Source: Eledone cirrhosa
Taxonomy: Eukaryota
Assembly (NCBI GenBank): GCA_964016885.1
Contig: OZ024741.1
Location: forward strand, 174,530,001-174,594,000
DNA: 64,000 nt
Direction of reading: 5' to 3'
Shown here in pieces: positions 11,718-23,779 of the stretch. A program made the translations under genes and the position numbers. Every line of letters starts with the position of its first letter. Positions within the stretch are counted from its first letter, which is position 1. A model generated the notes under the pieces. It ran no database searches. It was given only the letters and a program-made list of their open reading frames with translations, and was not told where the DNA came from.

Positions 11718-13590
11718 GGAAAAGAGTTATATATTTATATATGTAGTCCAGTGTTTGAAAGAGAATAAAAAGTGCACAAACAGCATGAACAGAGGGTGAA
11801 GCTGATTTAATTTTGGCTTAAGTACCTGTAGGTTTCACTACAGCTATTTCTGGCGATGATGTTATTGCTATTTTAGCCTAAGTTTAGTTCTGCTGTGATA
11901 ATTTCACTACATTACTTTCCAACTCAGATTGCTGAGAAAATAAGCTATTGACACAAGATGAGGTAGTGAAAGAGGAAAATTAGTGCTGTTAGTGGTATGG
12001 TTTGTAATATGTAGAATCAAGGTTTGGCTGAAAACATATGGAGCATGGCTTTTGTTCTACATAGTTTTCATAGCCATTCCAGTGAGTTGGGACTAGTTGG
12101 AAGTTTAGTTGTGGCTGTATATATGCATTAGCAAATGTATTTGCAATATGAAGTGTTGTGAGTCCATACTTCAAAAAGCTAGTTGAATGTTAAAAGAAGA
12201 GAGAAGAATGTTTTTCAAAACCTTGATATATCAATCACATATGATAGCTATTGATTTGTTTGTTGGAAATGTGTGTAAAATGTTGAAATGAATATTGTTT
12301 AAAACAGTAAACTCATTGAAAGTGAGATAATAAAACATTGAAGGGAGCAATTCAAAACCGGAAAAAGAATTTTGAAATGTATCAAAAACATTGAAAAAAA
12401 ATTTACAACTCATCTAACCCATGCTAGTGTGGAAAAATGGATATTTAACCGATGATGAGGATGATGATGATGATAATGATGGTCTAAACAGCATAAAATT
12501 ATCAAAAGGATGTGCAAATGAAGGAACATTAAAAATAATGATGAATTGTTCATGCAGGTAATAGTGCATAATTAAAATTATAGTTGTTTTCTACTTGTGT
12601 ATTTCTATGGTGTTGAACACATGAGTAGGAATTTGGTACTGTTAGTCTGGATGTTGTTACAACCATTGCTGCTGGTGTTGTTATAGCAGGAACAGTCACA
12701 TAGTTGTGTGTAGAAAACTTTGTTTTCTTGTTTTTTGTTTAGTTTTTAAAGAACAAAATGTTATTCATCTAGTAAATTTTTGCGTTAACTGTAGAGAGAA
12801 CTATATAGAAGATCGTGAGTCCTGTTTGTGTGAGTGGGGGGGGGGGGGGGGGCAACAACGCTAAAACGTAATGTTATCCATACCACATGATGTTGACTTA
12901 ACGATGTGTTCTGAAAAATGTCTTTGTTGTTGGGTCACTAGTGGTAATATGAAGGAAGGCTGTATTCAGAAATATTGCATCTTGTTTTGTTGAAAGAAGG
13001 TTACATTCAGAAATTTTGTGCATTGTTTTGTTGAAAGAAAATTGTGTTCTAACGTTGGGTTGTCACCATTTTGTCAGTATTGATGGTTGTATTGCTGGTC
13101 AGTGTGTTGTACATTTTGATTGGTGTGTGAAAAAGAGTCACAGTCATCAATGAGTTGAGATAGACCAACAAGGAAACCCAAGCTGTTAATTGGTATATTT
13201 TTATTTGTGCCATGGAATGCGACGAGTCCATGTAGCAAAATATAACACAACGAGAATACATAAAAGGTTTGATATAACTGAAAGTGTTTCGTCAACACAT
13301 GGCTAAATGTAGTGTTCAAGATAAGAGTATTTTGTTATAATGTGTTGGAATTTGTGAGTGAATGTGTGAATACTGATTGAGCTAAGATATTTCCTCATTG
13401 AGTGCCATGCCACAACTTGGCTGTGACCTCACAAACTACTGTAGTAACAGCTACAGCCAAAATCTCTTTCTGATATCTGAAAGAACAGACAGCACAAACA
13501 GAGAACGAAGCTTGCTTGATTTGGGCTTAAGTACTCGTAGGTTTCACTATAGCTATTTCCGGTGATGACATAGTTATTTCAGTCAACATT
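11718..13590 (-). mobile_element. Possible decayed Penelope-like element bounded by diverged direct repeats
   Basis: About 100-bp direct repeats at 11774-11878 and 13484-13584. Weak minus-strand peptide hints (FNEFTVLNNI..FNILHTFP; YGLTT..IYSHN) recall the PLE linker and GIY-YIG region. Confidence 0.35.
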
Positions 13591-14630
13591 TCATATTGTG
13601 TGATGAATTTGATACACACTCAAGAAACTCCTCCATAAGATTTAACTGGCAAGGCAATTGGATGTTAAATGATGATGATAAGGCTGGCTCAACTTTTGTA
13701 GGTGTAAACCATGAAAACAATAATAGTATCTAATGATGAACTTTGCAGGGAACACTATTATATGTTGTGGGCTTTCTCTATCCATCCATCATCATCATCA
13801 TTTAATGTCCATTTTTCCTGATAGCAAGAGTTGGAAATATCAATAATAATAAATAACTTTAGTATCTCACCTATCAAAATATGAAATCAATTTATATACA
13901 TTGTACAGCACTACTATAAAGAAAATTATAGATTTTTTTTTTTATTGTTGTTGTTGGGTTTGTGTTATTGTGATTAGTTTTGTTTGAGTAGATCTGTAGC
14001 ATGGAGCCAAAGAATCCAAGGAGCTATTTGACTGGTGTGTTTGTTAAATGGCCGACTTCCTGTCTTTCATCATCATCATCATTTTACATCCGCTTTTCTT
14101 TGCTGTTGAATGGGACAGTTTTATTGAAATGATTTAGCAAAAATAAAAATGGATTTGTTAATTCAAATATTTATAGTGTCTTTACTAATGGACTAATTGT
14201 GAACATTAGAGTATTAGAATGAAGACATTAATTTTTAATGTGATACAGTCATAGTGCTTTTTTGTACTTTTCAAGAATGTCTTCCTAATGTGGTTTCATG
14301 TGGTACAGGATGTTAAGAGTTAATGCTCACATGACATGAACCTATTATCATCTGAGTATTAGCAAGTTGTGCTATATAACTGAGATGAATGGCCTTTATT
14401 ATGTCACTCGTTGTCCAAAAGATTTAGTACTAAGCACTTGTATTTTTTTGTATTTTTTACTATTTAGTGAGCGATCAAATGACAGTACTCACAATCCTTT
14501 TAGGGCTTTCGAGATTGATGATAGGAAGAAGGAAGGTATCCTGACTCTAGAAATCTGTCTCAGTTGCTTGAAACAGAGACCCACTTAAAGCACTTAACAA
14601 TCAAGCAGTGGTTTCATGCTCATAGGAAAA

Positions 14631-14957
14631 AGACAGAATGATCATGGCTAGAATGTTATTTATCACAGGTCTGATCAGAGCTGTCCTAGAGGGAAACAAA
14701 TAGACAGGATGGTCATAACTGGAATGTCATTATCATAGATCTGATCAGGACTAACCCAAAGTGAAACAATTAGACAGGATGGTCACAACTGGAATGTCAT
14801 TGATCATAGGTCTGATCAGGACTAACTTAAGGTGAAACAAAAAGGCAGCATGGCCACAACTGGAATAGCATTGATCATAGGCCTTAGGTGAAGCAAATAA
14901 CTGGAATATAAGTGATCATAGATCTGATCAGAGCTGTCCTAGGGCAAACCAAACAAT
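14631..14957 (+). repeat. About 70-bp tandem array (4-5 units) of a SINE-like 3' tail
   Basis: Repeated GGATGGTCA..ACTGGAATG..TGATCATAG..CTGATCAG..AAACAA. Single dispersed relatives at about 53748-53822 and 58050-58120. Confidence 0.75.
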
Positions 14958-15035
14958 GAAGTGTTACTTCTCTCTATTTATACATTCTATATAATGCTCC
15001 AAGAATATTTGGCATCATTTAAATTAGCACTGTCT

Positions 15036-15268
15036 TTAACCATTTTGATACCAATCTACCCCAAAACTGCTTCTGTTTCTAGGAATCAAAAAAATTCCTA
15101 TTTAAATTAAATCCTTTCATCATAGTTTTATATCAGAATCATTTATTTCATATGTTACAAATGCAGTCTTAATAATTAAGTAATGAATAGTTTTAGTAAA
15201 TCCCTCCAAATTCCTCATTAATCTTAATACAGTGTATTCCATAAGAAATATTGTCATAAAAGGGTTAA
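15036..15268. mobile_element. piggyBac-like MITE (TTAA-flanked)
   Basis: TTAA|CCATTTTGATAC...AAAAGGG|TTAA. Relatives at 20491-20924, 24174-24512, about 29235-29420, 32495-32736, 54759-54989 and 58930-59238. Confidence 0.65.
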
Positions 15269-15576
15269 TCCTCTACAATATCATCATGGTGATGACAAGT
15301 AAATGATGAGAACAGTTTATTCTTGTTGTATAAGTTCTTATGCTAACTTTTATCATCTCACATGACAGACATAAATGTGCAGTGTGTAAACTAATTGTAA
15401 GGAAACTGTAAACAACTTCAGCAATGGTCTAGCTTCTTAAGCTTTAAATATCAGCTTACACATTACACACATACACACACATGTATATATATGTGTGTGT
15501 ATGTATATATATATATGTGTATGTATGTATATATATGAGTGTGTTTATACATATGTATATTTATGTGTGTATGCGT

Positions 15577-15650
<74 letters not shown>

Positions 15651-15787
15651 TTTGGAGGTGAGTAATTTCAAGGGCTGCGAGGGAGTGTAACGACTGCAGT
15701 AATTGAGTTTTGAGTTTCTGCTTGTCAAAATAAAGTCTATATATTTGTTGTGTTTCCGCTTGTCAAAATAGTCTATCTTTCTCTGTC

Positions 15788-15830
<43 letters not shown>

Positions 15831-16025
15831 TATATACTTTTTTACACCACTTTTACCTGTTCTGTCATTATATATATATGTATATATCATCATCATTATT
15901 TAATATATAATGATGATGATATATACATTATTTAATATATAATGGTAGAACAGGTAAAAGTGTAAAAAAAAGTATTTATATGTCTATTTATGTAAATACT
16001 TTTTTACACTTTTACCTGTTCTGCC

Positions 16026-16070
<45 letters not shown>

Positions 16071-16469
16071 TCATCATTTAATGTCCGCTTTCCCTGATAG
16101 CAAAGGTTGAACAGATTTACATAGATCAAGTCAGTACTGATCTCCCAGACAGGCAGAAGGGTCTGAATCTGGCTTAGTCAGTCATATTGAGTGCAGTGGA
16201 GATGTGTCTTTTGACATAAACTGAAGGGTCCCTCTATCTCCTTGTTTGTCAAGCTTTCTACGAATGGATGTCCTTCCTAATACCAACCACTTTACAGCAT
16301 TTACTGGTTGCTTTTATTGTGTAGATCACCAGCACTAGAGAGGGTTTTGTGTCTTTGACATAACTAAAGGGTCTTCTCAACCCTTTTAGGCATGGCTTTT
16401 ACAGCTGAATGCCCTTCTGGAGTGTACCGAGTGCATTTTCATGGCACCATCACTAGAGAGGTTGTTGGT

Positions 16470-17539
16470 CATAGACCCAACTGCAGAGCCCTAGCAGATG
16501 TGTTGCTTCACCTCATCCTTTGTGTTGTAGGCAATCTTGGTGACTCTCTCAGCCATGCCCCAGAAAATAATAGTTATGGGGATTGCCATCTGGAGGGTTA
16601 GGAGACCACGTGTCCAGGCTGAAATGGTTGTAAAAGTTGTCCAAGAGCCTCTTTTGGGTCTTCCTGAGTGTGTGGGCACAGGATCTTGCTAGAACACATA
16701 GGGTTTTCCTCTTGCCAGTTCTTCAATTCAGGGCTTCCCCACAGTTTGCAGAACCTCCTGGTACAAATCCTGGTTCACCTTCAGCTCCACATTAAAGATG
16801 TGAGGGGTCATATCAAGTTTCTTACAACTGATAATGCCAAAAACCATGATGTGGACAGGAAACTTGGTTTTCATGACCCTGGGAAAATCAGGTGGGCTAA
16901 CTGCTAGCCACCTGTTATTCTGCTTGTTGTGTGCCTTGTTCTAGCAACAGTTTTTTTCATCTGAGAAAAACTACATATTTGAGTCCGGGGAAGGCTTCAA
17001 TTTGTTTAACAGCTTCTTGACCCTCTTCATGCAATTCCGTCCTGTCTGCATCTTGTAAAACTTGTAACGAAGGTCTTCATTCAAACAAGTCCTAACATTC
17101 TCATCACAGCCCAGTTGCCTGGTAGTTGCGAGTATCCTAATGGAGGGGTCTTTCTCAATGAGCTGCTGAACTTTCTTGATGAAATAAGCATCCCTTACCC
17201 TTTGCTTACTGCAATTATGATTTTTCCTAGCAGCCACAATCTCAGTGTCAAAGATACTAGCCTCTAACTCTTTCCTCAGCCCATGAACTGTGCACAGTGA
17301 GAGCTTTAAGTTGTCAACAATGGCTTTGTTATTCATTGCTGGTGTAAACAATGTACATCACCACCTTATTTTTCCACTCCTCAAGCCACTTGCATTCTTT
17401 TCTTCTGTCAGGTTTCACCATTTTTTTTAAAAGCCAGGTACAACATGAAAGAAAAGCAGTATCAGTTTATATCATAGCTTTCAAAATAGTATTTTATGTT
17501 TTGTTTAAAAAGAGGTGCCAATTTAAAATCTGCACCCTG
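16470..17539 (-). mobile_element. Decayed Tc1/mariner DNA transposon (maT/DD37D-like), one end preserved
   Basis: TA|CAGGGTG end at 17539. HTH region in ORF 16971-17351, then FFSDEK..HNKQNNRW..MVFGIIS..YVF*QD..WSPNPPDGNP with stops and frameshifts. Confidence 0.85.
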
Positions 17540-18186
17540 TATATATGTGTTTATATATATATATTAAGATGTGATTTTAAAATATTCAAACATTAATTGT
17601 GTGTATACAGTGCTAAGAATATCACTATATACAAACTGCAAACAAAATAAAAAGTTATCATCACTACAATCTTCATTGTTATCATCATCACCTCCGCATT
17701 TACCATTACCACCACCATCATTGCCATCACCACACTGCATATGTCTCAGTTTTCTTTAGAGAAAAGCTGTTCCTTTGAAAAATGGTGTCTTTTTCTTTAA
17801 CTTTCTTCTTTTTCTGTCGTTTTCTTCTTTTTTCTTTAACCTCGCCAGTTCATTCATTCATTAACTGTTGCTGAAATACTGGAATGGCATTTTGTACTGA
17901 TTACTCCTGTATAGTGCTGTTCCACTATGGAATCTCCTTTCATAACTGTACTTAAACACTCTTAAAGAACTGACATGACATTTGTAAAATGGTATCATGA
18001 GGAATTTCTTAATTTATTTGTTTCTTTTTGGTTGGGATTTGTATTCTGATTACTTTAAAAGATGCTGCCAGGTGACATTTTCTATAACATGCATATTCTT
18101 ATTCTTTCAAATTAATTTCCCCACACATACACACATATATACATATGTACACATACACATATACATAAATATACACACACACACTA

Positions 18187-18227
<41 letters not shown>

Positions 18228-18449
18228 AAGAGTAGCATCACCCTTCTCCCCTCCTTGGATATTAAATGATATATATATATAACAAAAAGGGTGTGGTAAG
18301 ATACCAGAGTACTCAATACTTAGGTAATAGAGTGGGTAATATATATATATATATTACCCACTCTACTATATATATATATATATATAGATTTATATATATA
18401 TAGATTTACGTATACATAAACTAGACAGAGCCATAGATATATATATGTG

Positions 18450-19188
18450 TTTTTGGCAACCATTTACGGTGTGGCTCAGTGACGAATTAATTAATTAAAT
18501 AATTAACAATCAGAGCAATATGCAAGAAAGTACGTCCATAGAATCATTTGATAAAATATATACAGTATTTCCTCTCCCAATCAGCATAATCAACCACACA
18601 AAAAATCAATTAAACAAGGCTATAAGATTAAAAGGCACCTATGAAGAAACAATAGATAAATAAATGATAGCTATTTATCCGCGATCAACAGCCACAGAAT
18701 ATTTACCCAGTATTTCTAATAGCCCGTGGAAATCGATTAGATATATCGCCAACCATACACAATTAGGTACAAAATCAAATTTAGAAGAAAAAATGTATAT
18801 AAGCATACCAAAATTATGTCTCTACCCCATGAGGTTTCATTCGCTTTTTGGAAATATCCAATCAAGGATAAATTCATGAGTTTCGAAATCATCAGGAAAC
18901 AAACTCAATTGGACAAAGATTTTTCTTAAATGATCCCCGCCAGAAACGAATTCAAAATGGCTAAGAACTGTGACGTGGCTAGTGGTCAAGAAATACTGGG
19001 TAAATATTCTGTGGCTGTTGATCGCGGATAAATTGCTATCGTTTATTTATCTATTGTTTCTTCATAGGTGCCTTTTAATCTTATAGCCTTGTTTAATTGA
19101 TTTTTTGTGTGGTTGATTATGCTGATTGGGAGAGGAAATACTGTATATATTTTATCAAATGATTCTATGGACGTACTTTCTTGTATAT
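18450..19188 (-). mobile_element. Penelope-like fold-back insert: 200-bp inverted arms with a hammerhead in the spacer
   Basis: Inverted repeat 18518-18717 / 18989-19188 with about 3 mismatches. Flanked by (TA)n-type tracts. Confidence 0.7.
18817..18901 (-). ncRNA. Type I hammerhead ribozyme with extended stem II
   Basis: Minus strand reads TGTTTC-CTGATGA-T TTCG...(TATCC/GGATA)...CGAA T-GAAA-CCT CATG GGG-TA-GAGACA. GUA cleavage triplet, cut predicted between 18823 and 18822. Confidence 0.75.
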
Positions 19189-19215
19189 ATTTATATATGT
19201 GTTTGTATATATAAT

Positions 19216-19546
19216 GGAGGCACATGGCTTAGAGTATTGGCCTTGCAATCAAAAGATTGTGAGTTCAATCCTCAGACTGGGTGATGTGTTGTTTCCTTGA
19301 GCAAGACACTTTATTTCACATTGCTCCAGTTTACTCAGCTGTAGAAATGAGATGATAGGGACTGGGGTCCCTATCATTCCACTGTAAAGTGGACGTGTAG
19401 GCGCCACGGAAAAAAGGACCCAGCACTCACTGTAAATGAGGTTGGTGTTAGGAAGGGCATCCAGCTGTAGAAATCAAGCCAGCATCAGTTCCCGTCCCAC
19501 CCTTGCAAGCAAGGAAAAAGCGGACGTAAAATGCAATGATGATGAT
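19216..19546 (+). mobile_element. CORE-like tRNA SINE with RTE tail
   Basis: Same family as 5480-5822. Confidence 0.85.
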
Positions 19547-19786
19547 ATATATATCATCATAATCGTTTTTACATCTGCCTTTCCATGTTTCCGAATATAT
19601 ATGTGTGTGTGTGTAAAAAGAAGTATGATAGCAACCAAAGTGCACTATAAAGTTATATCTGTATGCATACAGAGTGGTTAACCGAGACTGCACCAATATG
19701 TGAATATATGTATGTATATAGGTATATACATATATGTGTGTGTGTGTATATATATATATATAAACATATATATCTATATGTATATA

Positions 19787-19839
<53 letters not shown>

Positions 19840-20582
19840 GTATATGTTTGTGTGTATATAGGAGAGAAACTGATTTGGTAGCGTGTCCATTTTTTTCTTG
19901 ACAAGATGTTGCTGTATAAAATGTCTAGGTATTTTAAGAAATTCATGTTATGAAAATTGAATAAGCTTTTAGAAATATTTGGCAAAAAATTTATGAAAAA
20001 AAAGTCACATGATTGATTATTCTTACAAAAAGTAAATCTTTGCAATATTTACTATTATTACTACTACTACTACCACCACCACCACCACCACCACTATCTT
20101 CGAAAGCATGTTTTAGTTCTATCCTTTTTTCTTTGTAATATAAGACAAAAAAAAAAAAGCTATCATATATTAGAGCTGGTCAGTTATCTTTGAATTGATA
20201 TATATGTAAATAAACTATTTTTGTCTTTCATTTTGCTGATACTAAATAAAAAAAATATATGGTTGTTTGTTAGTAAAACTATTAACCACTTCCCTCTCTC
20301 CATCCCTGTATCCAATTACATCAATAATGTTTACAAACTAGCATCATATTTGTTGGAGTGAAAATAAAAATATGCTTAACTCTTGCCAGAAGATGACTTT
20401 ACATTACAGATGCTTCAAATGTGTTTTTTTTCCCACTGAGTAAATCTTTTTTGAATTTACCTAATCTGAAACTATAAAACTCCTTGGCATTTAACCCTTT
20501 TGATATTGCCTCGGTCCTCTGATACAAAGCTGTTTATTTTAAAGTGTTATATTTATCTAAAAACCTTCGATTATAATTTTAT

Positions 20583-20771
20583 GTGGATTGGCAGTATTGG
20601 TAGAGGGTCAGACACCAAGCTTTGTGGCATAGAGTTACGGCCCTTTACGATCTTAATTCAATCCCATTGAGGTTAACTTTGCCTTTCATCCTTATGGGGT
20701 CGATAAAATAAAGCACCAGTAATGCACTGAGATAATTGCTGGCCTTGTGCTAAAAGTAGAAACAATTAAAG
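20583..20771 (+). mobile_element. tRNA-derived SINE with Nin/Deu-like domain, nested in a piggyBac-like MITE
   Basis: GAGGTTAACTTTGCCTTTCATCC...GGGGTCGATAAAATAAAG. Flanking duplication TTTTATGTG at 20577-20585 and 20772-20780. Confidence 0.75.
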
Positions 20772-22144
20772 TTTTATGTGAGAACCTTTGTTAAATTATG
20801 TTCCAAATACTATCTTCCTAATGAGAAAATTATATTACTAAATCTTTCTATTCTTGATTATTTTCAAAATAATTTGAAACCATAGGCAGTGTATTTCATT
20901 GAAATATGGGATCAAAAAGATTAAGCGAGTTACATTAAAGAGGCAACTCTCATCATCATCATCGTTGTTTTTACATCTATGGTAACTGACACATGCACAC
21001 ACATATATATGATGGGCATCTGTATAATTTCCACCTACCAAATTGACTCACAAGGCATTAATCAAATGAAGGCTGTTGTTCAATGGTGGGGTGGGTTGTG
21101 TGCTGAAAAGGATATTTTGAAGTGTTTATATTTATCTAAATGCCTTCTTTCATAATTTTGTGTATGAACCGTTGCTAAATTATGTTCCAAATTCTTGATT
21201 ATTTCCAAAATTTGTTGAAAATCATAGGCTGTGGTTTTCATTAGAAATATGCAATGAAAGGGTTAAGTGGTCTGAACATTTGATTATATTGACCCCTGTA
21301 TATCATCAGTACTATAATTTCTCAACCCAGGAAGGGTGAAATATGAAGTTGACTTCAACAGTGTTAACATACTTAATTTAGTGAGCAAAAAAATTAGTTC
21401 TGAGATTAGGAAGAAAGAAACAAAACAAAAAAAAACGTTAGATTAGATTAATTCTGGTCAAGAATTAATTATTGGATAATTTCCTCCACTCTTTTACCTC
21501 CCACTACTTGTGTACCAAAAATGTACTGGTACATCTTTCACCTCCTACCCCTTGCAGGCCAAAGATATACTGCTACATCATTTATCTCCCATCCCTTGTG
21601 TACCACAGACATTACTGATACATTTCCCTTAGTTTGTAAAGCACAGATCCAGTAAATTGAGCAAATTTGATTTAAATATTTGTTATATTTTATTTTGAAA
21701 AATGCAAAAATTAACATGTAATCTCAATATGAGGTAGTAAAGTACCAAAAACAAAACTTTAGTCATGTCTGTCTCAAGCAGGTCGGTGCTTATCCTAGTT
21801 TCCATGGCATTGGGTGACCAAGTGTACAACGCTCCCCCTGGACAGGACGCCAGTCCATTGCAGGGTTAAACCCCTATGTACCGCTGGTACTAATTTTCAG
21901 CTGAGCAACAGGAAATGAAGAACACAAACCAGTCCAGGAATCAAACCCCAACATTATGATTGTAAGTCCAACACTTGTACCATTAGGTCACATGTTTTGT
22001 CTAAGAACAGCACTCTACTCTCTCAATTAGTTAAGTATATCAAAAACTAATGTCTCATTGAAGAGAAGCCTTGTTTCTTGTTCAGTTCATACACTGACTA
22101 CTAAAATATACCAGGTGCACTTTTTTAAAATTATCATTTTCCTT

Positions 22145-22223
<79 letters not shown>

Positions 22224-23593
22224 TGCTATTACATGTTTGATTAATTGGTTGTTAGGATTGTGTTTGCAACACTCCAAATCATAAATTATGGTGTAAACAG
22301 AATAAAGCACTCCACACCATGGGCATCTTTCCGATTGTGATGTCAGAGAATGAGTATAATAATAAATATGAAACAAGTTTCCATAATTCAATCTTTTAGG
22401 CAATTCACTATTATATACATTTCTGTAATGTCGGCTGTTATTACCCAATGACACTATTATGCAATTATGACACAACATCTTCAGACAGCAATTATTTTGG
22501 TAAAGAAGCTGATGATATTGAGACACCTGTTTTCAATGTTGCTATTTCAAGGTTCTGTCTCCATATGATACAACAATCCATAATTTTACTTTGCATGTTG
22601 GTAGACATGGTTTCAGTATGGGAGCTTCTTTGACTGCTCACTGTCTCTTTTCCTATGATGTCTGATTCACAACTTGATTAATGGGATTTGTAACATCAAT
22701 AGACAATTCAGTACTCCACCCAACACCACCAGACACTTAAATATTCTAGCATTAATGCTATGGTCAACAAGTTGGATTCAGTTAATAAATCAGCTCTATC
22801 TTTGAAAATTGGTTCAATGGTGGATCCTTGTCATAGTTAAGGTCTCTCTCATCTTCAGTTATTGCCATTGTATAGAGTTCAGTGACAGCCTGGGTGGTAT
22901 GCAGCTATTTAGCTAATTCTCACATATATACAAATACATAAAATAACATAATATATCATACTATACATTCATTGGCGAATATAATATAGTTTACAGAGTG
23001 CGAATTATGGAGCATAAGAATATAATAATATAGTAAAGAGGGAATAAATGTGTATGGACACACACGCGCACATACACACATATATATACATACACACATA
23101 CATACATATACATATCTATATGCATAAACCAAACAGTATATATGCACTCTGAGACACACACACACATACAAACACATATACACATATACACACTTATATC
23201 CCTAAACCCACATGCATACATTTTAGCACATGGTATATACACCCCCACATATGTAATTAACCGAGCCAATATGCTATGGAAATACCCATAGTCTTTTATT
23301 AGAAGGCTACAGCAATGCAAATGGGATATTTGTTGTTTGTTGTTTGTATGCTACCATAAGAATCCTGTTCTGAATTACTTTCCTCAGTTATTCTTTTGAT
23401 GAAGGAATTTCATCATGAAATTACACCAAGGTAACATTCCAGCATCTTTGTTGTCATTATATTTTCAATATTTAATGCCCCAATAGCATTGCTGTTACCT
23501 TCGAATAAAACGCACTATTTTCTACACAATACTTCAAGCAAGCCTCAAAACTTATACTCACATACATACATATATTATATATGTACACGCACA

Positions 23594-23693
23594 CAGGGTG
23601 TCCCAAAAAATGTATACACACTTTGATTACTTGTACAGGCAATATTTATTAGAAAGCTGTTGAAGTATGTATATATTTTGGGGGGACACTCTG
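23594..23693. mobile_element. 100-bp Tc1/mariner-type MITE
   Basis: Imperfect TIRs CAGGGTGTCCCAAAAAATGTATAC / GTATATATTTTGGGGGGACACTCTG|TA. Confidence 0.7.
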
Positions 23694-23708
23694 TATTCAT
23701 ATATATTT

Positions 23709-23779
<71 letters not shown>

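Noticed and set aside
14631-14957. CRISPR-like or tandem hammerhead array (CTGATCAG...GAAAC)
   Set aside because: The units are wholly repeated with no unique spacers and no cas genes. The core is CTGATCA, not CTGANGA, and stems I and III do not form.
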